NCBI RefSeq assembly: GCF_011386835.1
Contig: NC_088795.1
Span: forward strand, 90,520,001 to 90,584,000
Length of the DNA stretch: 64,000 nt
Origin: Chrysemys picta bellii
Lineage: Eukaryota
Reading direction: 5' to 3'
How positions within the stretch are numbered: the first letter of the stretch is position 1; each line of letters opens with the position of its first letter. The notes under the pieces were generated by a model. The model made no database searches, was not told where the DNA came from, and saw only the letters and a list, made by a program, of their open reading frames with translations. The translations under genes and the position numbers were made by a program. This document shows, one piece after another, positions 1 to 11,904 of this stretch.

Positions 1-124
1 ATTTTGCTTCACTCTTCAATAAAATGGTAAATTGTGACCAGATACTTCACATATTTAATATTAACAAGAGAAAAGAACACAAGCCAAAATAGGGAAAGAA
101 CAGGTTAAGAACAGGTTAAGAACA

Positions 125-412
125 GGGGGGGGAGGGATAGCTCAGTGGTTTGAGCATTGGCCTGCTAAACCCAGGGTTGTGAGTTCAATCCTTGAGGGGC
201 CACTTAGGGATCTGGGGCAAAATCAGTACTTGGTCCTGCTAGTGAAGGCAGGGGGCTGGACTCGATGACCTTTCAAGGTCCTTTCCAGTTCTAGGAGATG
301 GGATATCTCCATTAATTTCTAGACAGTATTTGGTCTTGCCATGCGGGCCGGGGACTGGACTCGATGACCTATCGAGGTCCCTTCCAGTCCTATAATCTAT
401 GAATCTAAGAAT
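125..412 (+). mobile_element. tRNA-derived SINE (turtle PolIII/SINE type) with a CR1-like tail, followed by a second CR1-like 3' end
   Basis: A box TAGCTCAGTGG, B box GAGTTCAATCC; tail GGACTCGATGACC...GGTCCCTTCCAG occurs twice. Confidence 0.85.
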
Positions 413-431
413 ATTTAGAAAAGTTATATTC

Positions 432-1990
432 AAGTCAGCAGGGTCTGATGGACTTCATCCTAGGATACTTAAGGAACTACCTGAAGCAATCTCAGAAGCA
501 TTAGAACTAATGGAGGAGGGATGAAGTCCCAGACAACTGAAGAAGGGCAAACATAGCATCTATCTTTAAAAAGGGGAACAAAGAGGACCAAGGGAATTAT
601 AGACCTGTCAGCCTAACTTTGATACCTCCTGTTCTGCCTATCTTTCCTTCATATCAGGATAGTTTGCTATTGTGCCGTTAATATTGGGGTTTGAGAAAAT
701 TATTTAAAAATTTGTGAGCACGTAGAGGATAATAGGATTATAAGGAATAGCCAACATGGATTTGTCAGGAACAAATCACTCCAAACCAACCAAATTTTCT
801 TCTTTGAAAGGGTTACTGACCTAATAGTGGGGAAGCAGCACTTGATTTTAGTAAAATTTTGGCACAGTTCCACATGACATTCTCATAAGCAAACTTGGCA
901 GGGGGATATCTAGTGGGATTCTGCAGAAGTATATCCTGGGTTTGATACTATTTAATATTTTCATTAATGACTTGGATAATGGCATGGAGAATATGCTTAT
1001 AAAATTTGCGGATGTCACCAAGCTAGGAGGGGTTGCAAGCACCTGGGAGGACAGGATCAGAATTCAAAACAACCTTGACAAATTGGAATCAACAATATGA
1101 AATTCAAGAAAGACTAATGCAAATTACTAAACTGAGGAAGGAAAAAATCAAATGCACAACTACAAAATGGGGAATAACTGGCTAGACAGTAGTACCGCTG
1201 AAAATATCTGGGGTTATAGGGGATCATAAACTGAATACGAGTCAACAATGTGATGCAATTGCAAAAAAGGTGAATATCATTCTGGAATGTATTAACAGGA
1301 ATGTCTGATGTAAGATGTGGGAGGTAATTGTCTTAGTCTACTCAGTGCTTGTGAGGCCTCACCTGGAATACTCATTCAGTTCTGGATGCCACACTTTAAG
1401 AAAGATGTGGATAAACTGAAGAGAGACCTGAAGAAATTAACAAAAATGATAGGAGGTTTAGAAAACCTGACCTATGAGGAAAGGTTAAAAAAAACTTGGG
1501 AGGTTTAGTCTTGTGAAAAGAAGACAGAAAACCTGATAATAGTTCCCATTTGTTAAAGGTTGTCATAAAGAGGATTGTAATCAATTGTTCTCCATGACTA
1601 CTGAAGGTAGGAAAAGTAGTCATGGACTTAACCTGCAGCAAGATTTAGGCTAGGTAGTAGGATAACTATAAGGATAGTTAACCACTGGAATAAGCTTCCT
1701 AGTGGATCTGTGGAATCCCTGTCACTGCATCTGAAGAATGAGATTTTTTTACCCACGAAAGCTTGTGCCCAAATAAATCTGTTAGTCTTTAAGGTGCCAC
1801 CAGACTCCTTGTTGTGTTTGTGGATACAGACCAACATGGCTACCCCCAATACCTGTCATTGTAGGTTTTTAAGAATAGGTTAGATAAACACCTGTCAGGA
1901 ATGTTCTAGGTTTATTATGTCCTAGCTCAGAGCAGGGGGTTGGACTATATGACTTGTTAAGGTCCCTTCCAACCCTACATTTCTCTGATT
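432..1990 (+). mobile_element. Degenerate 5'-truncated CR1 LINE (RT region plus 3' UTR)
   Basis: Frameshifted KSAGxDGLHPRILKEL, ANI..IFKKGNKED.GNYRPVSLT and NKS.QTN..SFFERVT motifs; CR1 3' end GGTCCCTTCCAACCCTAC. Confidence 0.9.
1727..1852 (+). mobile_element. Penelope-like LTR-derived mini-insert starting at a minimal hammerhead motif
   Basis: GCAT-CTGAAGA...CCCAC-GAAA-GCTT-GTGC then ...GTTAGTCTTTAAGGTGCCACCAGACTCC...; 8-bp TSD CTGTCACT/CTGTCATT inside the CR1. Confidence 0.8.
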
Positions 1991-3049
1991 TGATGGCAAA
2001 TACAAAAATGTCATAGGCTTCTTGACATAGAGGGGTGGATTTTGCTCCCTCTTGTTTGTTTGTATAAAACATGTCTGTGGTAATAATTCACAATTTGAAA
2101 TGTTAGTTCTTTTAAAATGGGAGGAAAGTTATGCATGCCCAATAACTAGCTCTTAGCTCTAAGATATTTATATGAAGTTGTGTTTCCTGAGAAGTTCACA
2201 TACCTTGTGTCTGAAGGTTGTCCAAATGGGCTCCCCAAACAAATCTTTCACCAACATCTTTGAAGGCAATAGTGGAGACAATGGTACTTTTCTTGCAGAC
2301 TTTCAGAGAGTCTTTCCACCAATTAAATGACATGATTTCTGGGGGAACATGCACTGACATATCCAGGTGATGCCTGCTGATATAGACTTTAACCACCCTT
2401 TTATGCAAAAAAGATGAAGTCTGGCAATATTGAGTTACGTATATGCAGAAGGCCATGTATCCTAGGAATCTGAGACAAGCCCTCATCAGTGTCTTGGGAT
2501 GAACTTGCTGTTGGGGTGAATGGGTCCAGTATAGTCTGTCGTTCTTGTGGCAGACAGGTCATTGACATCTTGGAGTCTAAAACTACTCCTTTAAAATCTA
2601 TTCGATTTAGAGGTTAGTATTAATTTTTCTTTATTTTTAGACCTAAGGAAGCAAAAAGTTAGAGTCCATTGAATGGTTTGTTACTTGTTGATGCAACTTT
2701 CCATGAATGACACAGTTTTCCAAGTATGGATAAACCTGGACTTCTTGTTTCCTGAGGTAAACTCTCTCTACCATTAGGCATTCTATGAATATCCCTTGTG
2801 CTGTTGATAAGCTGAATGGTAGCACCCTGTCCTGGCAGTGGGAATTATCCACTTACTCCTTTTTGTGGGCAAGGTGAATCTTTATATGGAAATAAGCATC
2901 TTGGAAGTGAAGAACTACATACCAGTCATGTGGACCTAGGGCTGGAATCATTCGCAGCCAGAATCCATCCTGAACTTGAGCTTGCCAATAAAGGTGTTTA
3001 GCTGTTTCCTGGAAGTTATAAAGCTTGGTTTACGCCTTAGCCTCCCATC

Positions 3050-3745
3050 ACCATGAGGCCCCGCCCCCTCTGTGGCCCTGTCCCCTGCTCCTCCTCTACC
3101 CCCACTCAACACCCCACCCTCCTGGCCCCATTGGAGGCCAGAAGTCAAAGCATTGCGCAGCACTGGCTGTTCCCAGGCAGTAAGAGCTGCCCGGCTGGGG
3201 GACCTGGCTCCAGGGCTGGCAAAGCCCTGGCAGAGCTCGGAGAGCAGTGACCGCAGGGGGCAGGACCCAGGAGCCCAGGCCAGAGTGGGTCAGTCCGGGC
3301 CACTCTGGGGAGCCCTAGACTCTCCACCTGTCCTGGGCAGCATGCCTCAGTGAGCGGGGACATGGGCCAGGGGCTGCTTTCGGACAACCCGTCCCCTGCT
3401 GGGGCTTACTTCTCCGCTGCTACTGGAGGAGGAGGATTATAAATTATCCTTAGACTCTGTCCCCAGAAGCTCCTGATTGGTCTTTTCTGCATTGGAGTCA
3501 TGGCTCTTTGGGGTAGGACAGGGACCTGCTGTGCCAGTCTGAGCCCGGTGCCCTACCAGTGTAAGTGTTGGCTGGCTAGCCACAGACAGGGCATAATTCC
3601 CCAGCTGTAGAGCCTGTAATTTTATGTTGGAGTCATGATTCCTGGGGTAGGGTGAGGACCTGACATGCTGGTATGACACTGAGCTCTGTACCCTGCTGGT
3701 GTGAGGGTTGCTGGCTGGCAACAGGTAGGGCATAATTCAACCTTT
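3050..3745. mobile_element. GC-rich non-autonomous DNA-transposon-like remnant inserted in DIRS copy A
   Basis: Composition shift and position interrupting the DIRS RT; no clean TIR or TSD found. Confidence 0.35.
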
Positions 3746-3756
3746 GTAGAGCCTCA

Positions 3757-4042
3757 GGGCAGGTCTACGCTAGGGGGTTAAGTCGACCTAAGTTCTGCAA
3801 CTCCAGCTACGTGAATGAAGTAGCTGGAGTCAATGTTGCTTAGGTCAACTTATTGCGGTGTCTACACTGCACTGGGTCGACGGGAGAAACTCTCCTGTTG
3901 ACTTACCTTACATTTCTCATTCCGGTGGAGTACCTGAATTGACGGGAACGTGATCTGTGGTCAATTTAGCGGGTCGATTTAGACCCACTAAATCGATCCC
4001 CGGTGGATTGATCGCTGATCCACAGTAAGTGTTGACATACCC
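3757..4042. mobile_element. PIF/Harbinger-type MITE
   Basis: TIRs GGGCAGGTCTAC.../...GTTGACATACCC; 3-bp TSD TCA; same family as 40011-41476. Confidence 0.8.
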
Positions 4043-6995
4043 TCAGGGAACATTGCTTAGGTTTAAGCAGGGGGGGGGTTTGCAGGACAGCTCTGTCAGA
4101 TCTGAATGGAGGCAGAGAAGTCTAGCAGGGAGATGCTGCAACAGTGGATCCAGGTGGTTGAAACCACTACTCTGCCAGATGAGGAGGATTATAAATACCA
4201 ATGGCAAGAAAATGAACAAAATTAAAGGTTTTTGAACAAAATTGTTGCAAGAAATTGAACCAACTTTTTCCACTATCAGAGGCAGAAAATCTGGTAGACT
4301 GAGCTGAAAGGTGACCCTTGTCCTAGAGGCTCCAGCAACAACATTGGATTGCCTCTAAATTCTGCAGGTGGAGAGCATTAGACCACAAGTAATGAATGAA
4401 GAGAGAAGCTGTACAACAGAATAAGGCACTGGCCCCCTTTCTTTTTGGAAATCGGAAAGTAATCAGAGTTAAACTCTTACCCTCTGTGTTCATTTAGTAT
4501 TTCTTACATGGGTCCAAGATTTAGAAGTGATTGCACCTCCCTATGTAACTTACTCTTGTGTGAGAGATCACTGAAAAGGGATAGGAAAGGTGAGGGTATG
4601 GGGGCTGGGAAAGGTCTGGAACTTAATGAAATATTTACCTCTACAGCTGCCAGGATGCATGGTCCATAGTGATAATGTTCTAGACCCCACAAAGATGAAA
4701 TAAATGAATCCCAAATGGAGGAAATATAACAGGAAGATCCAATAGAATTTGTATGCTACTCCTCACCAAATCAAATCTGCTGCATTGATAATGATGATGA
4801 TGAGGGCAATGAGCAGACTTGCTGTTGGATGCAGATGACTTTCCTCTGTGGAAATTTTGGCACTTTCTAGGGGGTTCAGGTTACCTATGTCAGGTATAAA
4901 AAGATTGCCTCTGCAGCAGTTGAGTTTTAAAGTCCTTCTGCTTTGGTGTCTGAGCATATACCCCTAAGGATTTAAATGTAGCATGTGAGTTCTTCAGAAA
5001 GAATAAGGCCTCCGTTATTTTAACATTGAAAAGTTTACATTCTTCAAATTGAAGATCCTCAGTTCTTAAGGGATCCCTGCTGACAAACCACAAGGATCTC
5101 CTCAGAGCAAGGGAGGCAGCCATGAATTTGGAAGCTATATTTACAGCATCAAGGGCTACTTGGAGGGATTTAATCACCACCAGTTGACCTTTGTCAATCA
5201 GTGACTTTAACTCCTTCTTGTTTACAAATTTAGATAAGGAGTCCCAATTCAAATAATCATAGGTTGCCAACAGGACCTGGTAATTGGCAACTCATTTGGA
5301 AACTTGATGCAGAATAAGTTTTCCAAACACACTAACTTTTTGTGTCTCTTGCCTTTTAGTGTCCCATTTTGCTTTGTTTCAACCTCTCATTCACATCAGT
5401 GACAATTAATGACCCCGTGCTGGTGGTCATAGAAAATTGCTGGGAGCTCTGGGAAGGCACTTAGGAGTGATGGTCTGCTCTCTTTGATGCTGGTGCCAGA
5501 GAAGCAGGCACCTGCCAGAGCAATGTAGCTGGCTGTAAAAGCCCTTTGTTGGTCATTGCAAGACATCCTAGCACTGAAGTGTGCAGGATGTCCAGGAGCT
5601 TGTGTGGTGTGCTGAATGTCCTGGACTATCTCCGCTGGAATCTCCAATGTGTCATCCATTCTGCTTAACAAGTCCACAAATGTATTGTTTACCTCATCGA
5701 GGTCAACCACAGGTGGGGGTATAGGACTGACCTCTGCAAGTTTACTTCGTGGTAAAATTAAAGTGGCTTATCTTCACTGAGTTTTTAATCTTGTGATAGC
5801 TCACAGGCTACCTGAAGAGGGAGATACTGGTCTCTCCAGGAGGAATGTTTTCAGATGAGACTCCCTAGATCTTTGTCTTCTCCATAATGTGGCTCTTGCC
5901 CAGACACAGTAAACATCTGGTGTGCCCATCACGGAAAGGCATCATCATCTCCATGAAAGCCAATTTTTAAAGCCTGGAGATTCATGTTCAGTCATAATGA
6001 CTAATCCAGGGGCGCAAACTCAGGCAAACCAAACAATTTTCTTCCTTAAATGGAGAAAGGAAACAATAAAAAAATCTCTAACAACACTAATGACTAAATA
6101 TTAAGTACTTAATTATTTACATCACAAAGAATAGGGCACACAGTGAGTGGAGATTGGGCATTGCATGACTTGTAGCCCCAGGCAGTGAGAAGGAAGTGAC
6201 AGGTGGTTGGGGTCATCCTACCCGTTTTGCCCTCCCCTGGAGGTGAGAACACACTCAGGGCACAGGTGTGGCCCCCAACAGACACTGCTGGCCAAAGGAA
6301 TCTGAACTCAAGTGTATTGGGTATATGTGCACCAACAGTGGAATAGATATGGACAAAAACTGAAAGAAACTATTAATTGTTCTCAAGTTGTTCCAGAATG
6401 TAGACCATATGTTCCTAGAAGTGGTTTTATGGAGGACCTCCTCCCATCTCTGAACTCATAACAGCTTTATGGCCACTACAACAGTTACTTATATGGAAAA
6501 GAAAATAATTTATTTCTACCTATTTTAATGTTATTGAACAGCTAGAGGAGGAGAAGCCAGCACTATGATCAGCCAGCTCTCTGCAAACTACCATAAAGCC
6601 CATGGACAAGAGGTTGCATGTTTTCTGCAAGAGCCTAACAACAAGCAACTAAAAATGAAACTAACTAGCTGAATAAGAGTGGTATGAATTAAATATTGCA
6701 GACTGGAAGGAGTGGTCAGCAGTGCTAGAAGTGTGCTGATTTGAAATGGGTTGCAGGCCTCAGAAATACAATTTCTAAAAGGTGAGCCGGGTTGCTGAGA
6801 GGTGCACATTTTTAGTACTATGTGGGGAAAACACACTGATTCCACCACTTGCCAACCTCCTTCTGGGGTAGAACAACAAATTAGTGGTGCAAGCAGCAGG
6901 CAGTGCTTTCCTTCTCTCCCCTCAGCAATCCAATACCATTGTCACAGGAGGAGAGGGGGAGGAGGAAGCAGAAAGAGCCCAGCAAAGAGCAGCTA

Positions 6996-7183
6996 CACCT
7001 CTATCTTGATATAACGCGACCCAATATAACACGAATTCGGATATAATGCGGTAAAGCAGTGCTCTGGGGGGGCGGGGCTGCGCACTCTGGTAGATCAAAG
7101 CAAGTTCAATATAACGTGGTTTCACCTATAACGCGGTAAGATTTTTTGGCTCCCGAGGACATCGTTATATTAAAGTAGAGGTG
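6996..7183. mobile_element. Tc1/mariner (Tigger-like) MITE
   Basis: TIR CACCTCTA..GATATAACG / CGTTATAT..TAGAGGTG flanked by TA on both sides. Confidence 0.85.
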
Positions 7184-8253
7184 TATGTTCCCTGCTCCCA
7201 CTCCCCTTCCTTAAGCAACACGATGGTTCCTTTGCTCTTCCCCCTCCCTACAACACCCAACTGGGTGGGAGAAGGTGACCCCACTGCAGCCTCTCTCCCA
7301 CCATGCTCCAAGACTTGGGAGAAGAAACCCAGGAACTGCAGGTGTAGCATAGGGGCACAACAGATGTGGAGACAGTGGACAGAATTGATTTGATGGTTAG
7401 TGTCAGTGGCCAGACAGATATGGGGTGACAAGACTTTTTTAAGACCCATTAAGTGTTGCTGGTCAGGATCCAGAAAAGTCTTAGTGCTTCTTTACTTTTT
7501 ATCTATATGCTTCTGTGTAGAGGTTAGATACTGCAGGTTTTCTTGGCTTCTATTATAACTCATCATCACTTAGTGAGGGGAGCATTTCTCAGTTTAGGAG
7601 GGTCTGAGAAAATTAAAGTTTCAAAATGCTTTCTAAAATCCTTGTTTAAAAGGGCACTGACTTTAGATTAATCATCTAAAATTTACCGAAGCCAAGAAAG
7701 TAGAGAAGGTCAAAACAGCTTAAAGTTTAATTTTTTTTTTTTTTAAACTGTTGATACGTTTAACCCACCAATCCAGACTGGTAGGGTTACTCTCTCCCCA
7801 GCATAAGCCATCTAGAAAGCAGACTCTTTGTGCTCTCCAGATTTCTCACATCTCTAGCAATCCACTCTAAAAAACACAGAGAGGAAACAGTCAAAATAAG
7901 TATCCCTTTTGCTTTATTTTCTGGAGTCATCAATATAAAAGCTAGGGAAAAAAAATACCACAAGTCAGGTTGAAAGTATTTTGGGTGTCATAAGTCCATC
8001 AATGACTCCACTTGGCTGTCCTGTCCTGCTCCTCAACTTACCAGGATAGGAAACTAGAACCTGTCAAAAAGCTGTTCCAGTTTCCTATTCCCCTCATCTT
8101 GGCAAGGTGCAATAAGAAAACAGCTCTTCAGAATAGCTGACACTCCAGCAAAGAAAAATCATTACAATATCTCTGATTGACTGCAGGTTTGTTTTCAAAC
8201 TAGTAGGCCCTTAGGATCAAACATTAAGCAATCAAAATAGTTTATGCACATCA

Positions 8254-9000
8254 TCACACTGCCTTTAGATCCATTAATATGTTTGCCCAATCCACTTCCC
8301 TTACCAGTCCCCTTAATTTGTTAAAATTGGCCTTTTTAAAATTATAAACCCTAGTCTTTGACTTAATTCTGTTACTCCTTCCATGTAGTTTAAACCGAAT
8401 TAGCTCATGATCACTGGAGCCCAAATTGTCCCCTACTACCACTTCCTCAACGAGGTCCTCACTACTTACCAGAATCAAATCTAAAATGGCCCCCCCCCTC
8501 GTCGGTTCAGCTACCACTTGATGAAGGAATTGATCAGCAAGCACATCTAGGAACATCTGAGCCCTATTATTGCTACTAGCGTTTGTTCCCCAATCTATAT
8601 CCGGGAAGTTAAAGTCCCCCATAATTACACAGTTTCTATTAGTAATTACTTCTCTAAACACATTAAATAGTTCCTTATCCATATCCTGGGTCGATCCCGG
8701 CGGTCTATAGCACACCCCAAGCACTATCCCCGGAGAGGCTCTAGTAGTCCTTTTACCCAGTGTGAGTATTGCCCGGACGGACTCTGTGTTATCTATTCCA
8801 TCAACTATTATTTCTTTACAGCTTATTTCACTATTGACATACAATGCCACCCCCCCACCTTTACCTTTGTTCCGGTCTTTCCTAAACAGCGCATACCCCT
8901 CCATACCTGTGTTCCAGTCGTGACTGCCATTCCACCACGTTTCAGTTATTCCTACGATATCTGGTTTCAATTCTTGGACCAAGAGCTCCAATTCCTCCAT
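8254..9000 (-). CDS. CR1 ORF2 apurinic endonuclease domain, truncated (the frame is also open upstream: CLYTNARSLGNK)
   Basis: GITETWW, RKDR..GKGGGVALYV, GVCYRPP, MGDFNFPDIDW, LDLIL, SSDH motifs; ends at ...MDLKAV*. Confidence 0.88.
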   Translation of the reverse strand: MEELELLVQELKPDIVGITETWWNGSHDWNTGMEGYALFRKDRNKGKGGGVALYVNSEISCKEIIVDGIDNTESVRAILTLGKRTTRASPGIVLGVCYRPPGSTQDMDKELFNVFREVITNRNCVIMGDFNFPDIDWGTNASSNNRAQMFLDVLADQFLHQVVAEPTRGGAILDLILVSSEDLVEEVVVGDNLGSSDHELIRFKLHGRSNRIKSKTRVYNFKKANFNKLRGLVREVDWANILMDLKAV

Positions 9001-9233
9001 TTTATTACCTAGGCTTCTGGCATTGGTGTATAAACACCCTAATGTATGTCATTTAGCCTGTCTCCCATTAGTAGCACTATATGTTGCGGGCCTCTTTGTG
9101 TCCGTCCCCCCTGTCCTTCCTATGTCCAATCTCATCTCCCCGGCTATGTCTCCTCTCATTTTACTCACCTTTTCCATACTGGAATCTGGTGTGGAGATTA
9201 ACTGTGCATCTCCCAACCGTCTCCCCAAACTTC

Positions 9234-10370
9234 CTAGTTTAAAGCTCTTTTGATAAGATGAGCCAGCCTCCCTCCCAGAAGTCTATTTCCTTCCCTACTC
9301 AGGTGAAGCCCATCCCGCGAGAACAGGTGTCTGTCCCCGAAAGCCTCCCAGTGGCCATACATCCCAAAGCCCTCCTTATAGCACCACTCCCTTAGCCAAC
9401 TATTTATTCTCACAATCCTATCAGCCCTTTGCTGCCCTTCCCTCGGAACAGGCAGAATCCCACTAAAGATAATCTGAGCCTCTATCTCCTTGAGCGTCTT
9501 CCCCAGCCTGGCATAATCTCCCTTGATTCTCTCTAACGAGAACTTAGCCGTGTCATTCGTTCCTACATGAAGGATTATCAAGGGGTTCTTACCTGCTCCT
9601 TTTAGGATCCTTTTCAACCGCAGGTCCACATCGCGTATCTTTGCGCCCGGTAGACAGCACACCCTTCTGTTCTCCGGGTCTGCCCTGGTCACGGGCCTGT
9701 CCAATCTCCTCAGTAAAGAGTCTCCAATTACATACACCTGCCGTCGCCTGACAACAGTGCGATCTAGTAATCTAGTCTCTGATCCCTCTAGTCCTGACCT
9801 GTGCCTGTTCCTATCTTCCCTTATGCTCCCCCTTATGCCTTCCTGAATCCTCCCGGGGCCCAGAATTGGTGCTGTCTCCATCAACTCCTCCCCTCTCTCT
9901 CTTGGACTAGCTGCTCTTCTCTTCTTCCTCACCCTCCCACCTTCAGTCGCCACCTGCTGCCCCTCCACCTCGCTATCCAAACACTCGAACCTATTCCTGA
10001 GTTCTATTCCCCCCTCACTGGCCCTTCTTTTCCTTGGCCTGCTTCTCACAGTCACATGCTTCCACCTCCCTTGTTCTCCCCCTTCCATTCCCCTCTCACC
10101 GTCCTCTACCTCTGCCTCTACCTGCACCACAGGGCATTCTCCTTCAGCCCCCCCTTGCCTGTCCTCCATCAGCTGCTCAAACCCCCGCCTAAACTCCACC
10201 AGGGTATCTACCTGCATCTCCAGCCCCTTAATCTTTTCCTCCAGTAACACTATCAGGCTACACTTCATACACACATACCTGTGTTCCAGCTCCCCTGCTA
10301 GGACCATATACATACCACAGCTTCCACATGCAGCCATCTGCATTCTGTCTGCTGCTGCTGCTTGGCTCAT
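9234..10370 (-). CDS. CR1 ORF1p, 378 aa from the ATG at 10370 (zinc finger, coiled coil, SGNH/GDSL esterase)
   Basis: CGSCGMY..YVCMKC; VIGDSLLR, CCLPGA, LHVGTND, DGLHLS motifs; no internal stop or frameshift. Confidence 0.9.
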   Translation of the reverse strand: MSQAAAADRMQMAACGSCGMYMVLAGELEHRYVCMKCSLIVLLEEKIKGLEMQVDTLVEFRRGFEQLMEDRQGGAEGECPVVQVEAEVEDGERGMEGGEQGRWKHVTVRSRPRKRRASEGGIELRNRFECLDSEVEGQQVATEGGRVRKKRRAASPRERGEELMETAPILGPGRIQEGIRGSIREDRNRHRSGLEGSETRLLDRTVVRRRQVYVIGDSLLRRLDRPVTRADPENRRVCCLPGAKIRDVDLRLKRILKGAGKNPLIILHVGTNDTAKFSLERIKGDYARLGKTLKEIEAQIIFSGILPVPREGQQRADRIVRINSWLREWCYKEGFGMYGHWEAFGDRHLFSRDGLHLSREGNRLLGGRLAHLIKRALN

Positions 10371-10639
10371 GGCTGCTGCAATCTCTGCCCACAGCACCTG
10401 TGGACTCAGAGCGCACACCACACCGCGCCCTCCTGCCTCCCCCCTTACCTCCCCCTGCAAACTCCCTCTCAAACTCCCGTTAGCCGCCCTGTTTGCTGCC
10501 TCCGGTGCCGCTGCTCGCAGATCGCTTGAGGTGGGCTACAAGAGGGACCCCCGTGCCTTCCCACTCCCAGGCAGTACTCACCAGGGCTGGGACTACCACC
10601 ACGGTCTATGAATACTTGGCCGAAGTTAAAATGTATTGC

Positions 10640-11480
10640 TTTAAACTTGGGTGGATTAGAGGGAGTGATTTCAATATAGCAAGTTTTCCATATGCTTGGA
10701 GTATGCACTCACAATAGTACCTTTGTGCATTGTGTCTTTTACAGCTGCAAATGTGGCCTTCACCTCTCCCTCCACATGAGTGGAGAGGCTGAGCCAGATA
10801 AGGAGGAGAAGAAAGAGAACGCGGGATGACATGTTTCTAGAGATCATGCAAGCCTCCGGAGCAGCAGACACTGAGCAGAGGGCATGGAGGATCACACTGA
10901 CAAAATGGGCACAGACACTGAGGACAGGAGAAAAGCTCAGGAGAAGGAGCACAATGCACAGCAGGAGATGATGGTATGCATATCCTTCAGATGCGCTATC
11001 TATTGCCCCACTGCAGCAAAACCATTCACTATCTCCAGCACACTGCCCAACTCCAAATTGATTCCTGACTGACCAGTAGCAGTCAGGCATTACAAGATTC
11101 CACACGGCGATCGCCACTTGCTTCTCCACTGTCAAGGCAGGTCTCATTTTGGTGTCGCTGCGCAGGAGGGCTGGGACAAGTTCCGCACACAGTTCCAGGA
11201 AAGAAGTGACCTTGTGGCGGCAGAACTTTTGGATGCACTGCTTGTCATCCCATACCTGCATAATGATGCGATCCCACCAGTCGGTGCTTGTTTCTCGGGA
11301 CCAAACGGGCACTCTATCATGTTCAGTTGCTCTGCGACTGCCAACAGCAGGCGGGAATTGTTTTATTCCATGGCTTCCAGCAAGGCTACTTGAAAGGAAT
11401 TGTCACATTCTGTGTGGCAGCTCCGGAAATACTGCAGGATCAGGCACATTGTGCTCGCAACACTCATCACTTGTATGAGT
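10640..11480. mobile_element. PIF/Harbinger internal remnant: transposase N-terminus (minus) fused to a piece of the partner Myb/SANT-type gene (plus)
   Basis: STDWWDRIIMQVWDD..FLELCAEL.PAL.RSDTKMRPALTVEKQVAIAVW..YWSVRNQFGVG is HARBI1-like; RLSQIRRRRKRTRDDMFLEIMQAS follows an acceptor at 10744. The partner-gene call is by context. Confidence 0.75.
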
Positions 11481-11483
11481 GAT

Positions 11484-11889
11484 GGCTTGTACACACTACC
11501 GCTTAAGTCAATGCAACTTACTTCGCTCAGGGGTGTGAAAAAGCCATCCCCTGTGAGTGAGGCAAGTTACATTGACTTAAAGCAGCGTCTACAGCGTCTA
11601 CAATTACACAACGGAGAAAACTGCATTATGGGACATTCATGCCATTTTCCTAGTCACCCGTGTGAATGTTTTGCCCCCATGCTACCCAAAACACCCTGCG
11701 CTAGATGGCGATGAGTTGCATAGTGGTTAGCTACCCATGGTGCACACTGCTCTGCATTGATGCAAGCACTGCTATTGAGAACACATAACACTGACACAAG
11801 GAGCATAGTGTGGACATACACAACCAACTTAATTACTGTGGCAGCTGACATAACTTAGATTGACTTAATTTTGTAGTGTAAACATATCC
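11484..11889. mobile_element. Harbinger-type MITE
   Basis: Imperfect TIRs GGCTTGTACACACTA / TAGTGTAAACATATCC; TSD not clean. Confidence 0.6.
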
Positions 11890-11904
11890 TTGCTCTTTTC
11901 ACTT

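Larger units (their letters stand above)
1990..6370 (-). mobile_element. Old DIRS1-like retroelement, copy A (left ITR, gag, RT/RNaseH; interrupted about 3050-4500; no YR)
   Basis: Fragments align by eye to copy D: SPGFK..LCLG gag start, LQVALDAVNIASKFMAASLALRRSLW, SLFSDLSH..LHREVQSLL, VYPYLEN, CLRFLGYMAFCIYV..WGAHLDNLQTQG, MFYTNKQEGAKSTPLCQEA. Confidence 0.85.
8254..10540 (-). mobile_element. CR1 LINE 5' portion (5' UTR, ORF1, endonuclease), 3'-truncated; 5' boundary uncertain (10500-10620)
   Basis: ORF1 with CxxC..CxxC, coiled coil and SGNH esterase, followed by an APE ORF that stops before any RT sequence. Confidence 0.9.

Noticed and set aside
125-200. Possible tRNA genes here and at 15780-15848
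   Set aside because: SINE heads: no acceptor stem or oligo-T terminator, and they run into a CR1-like tail.
9801-10247. 148-aa plus-strand ORF rich in P, L, S and H
   Set aside because: Antisense shadow of the purine-rich CR1 ORF1.
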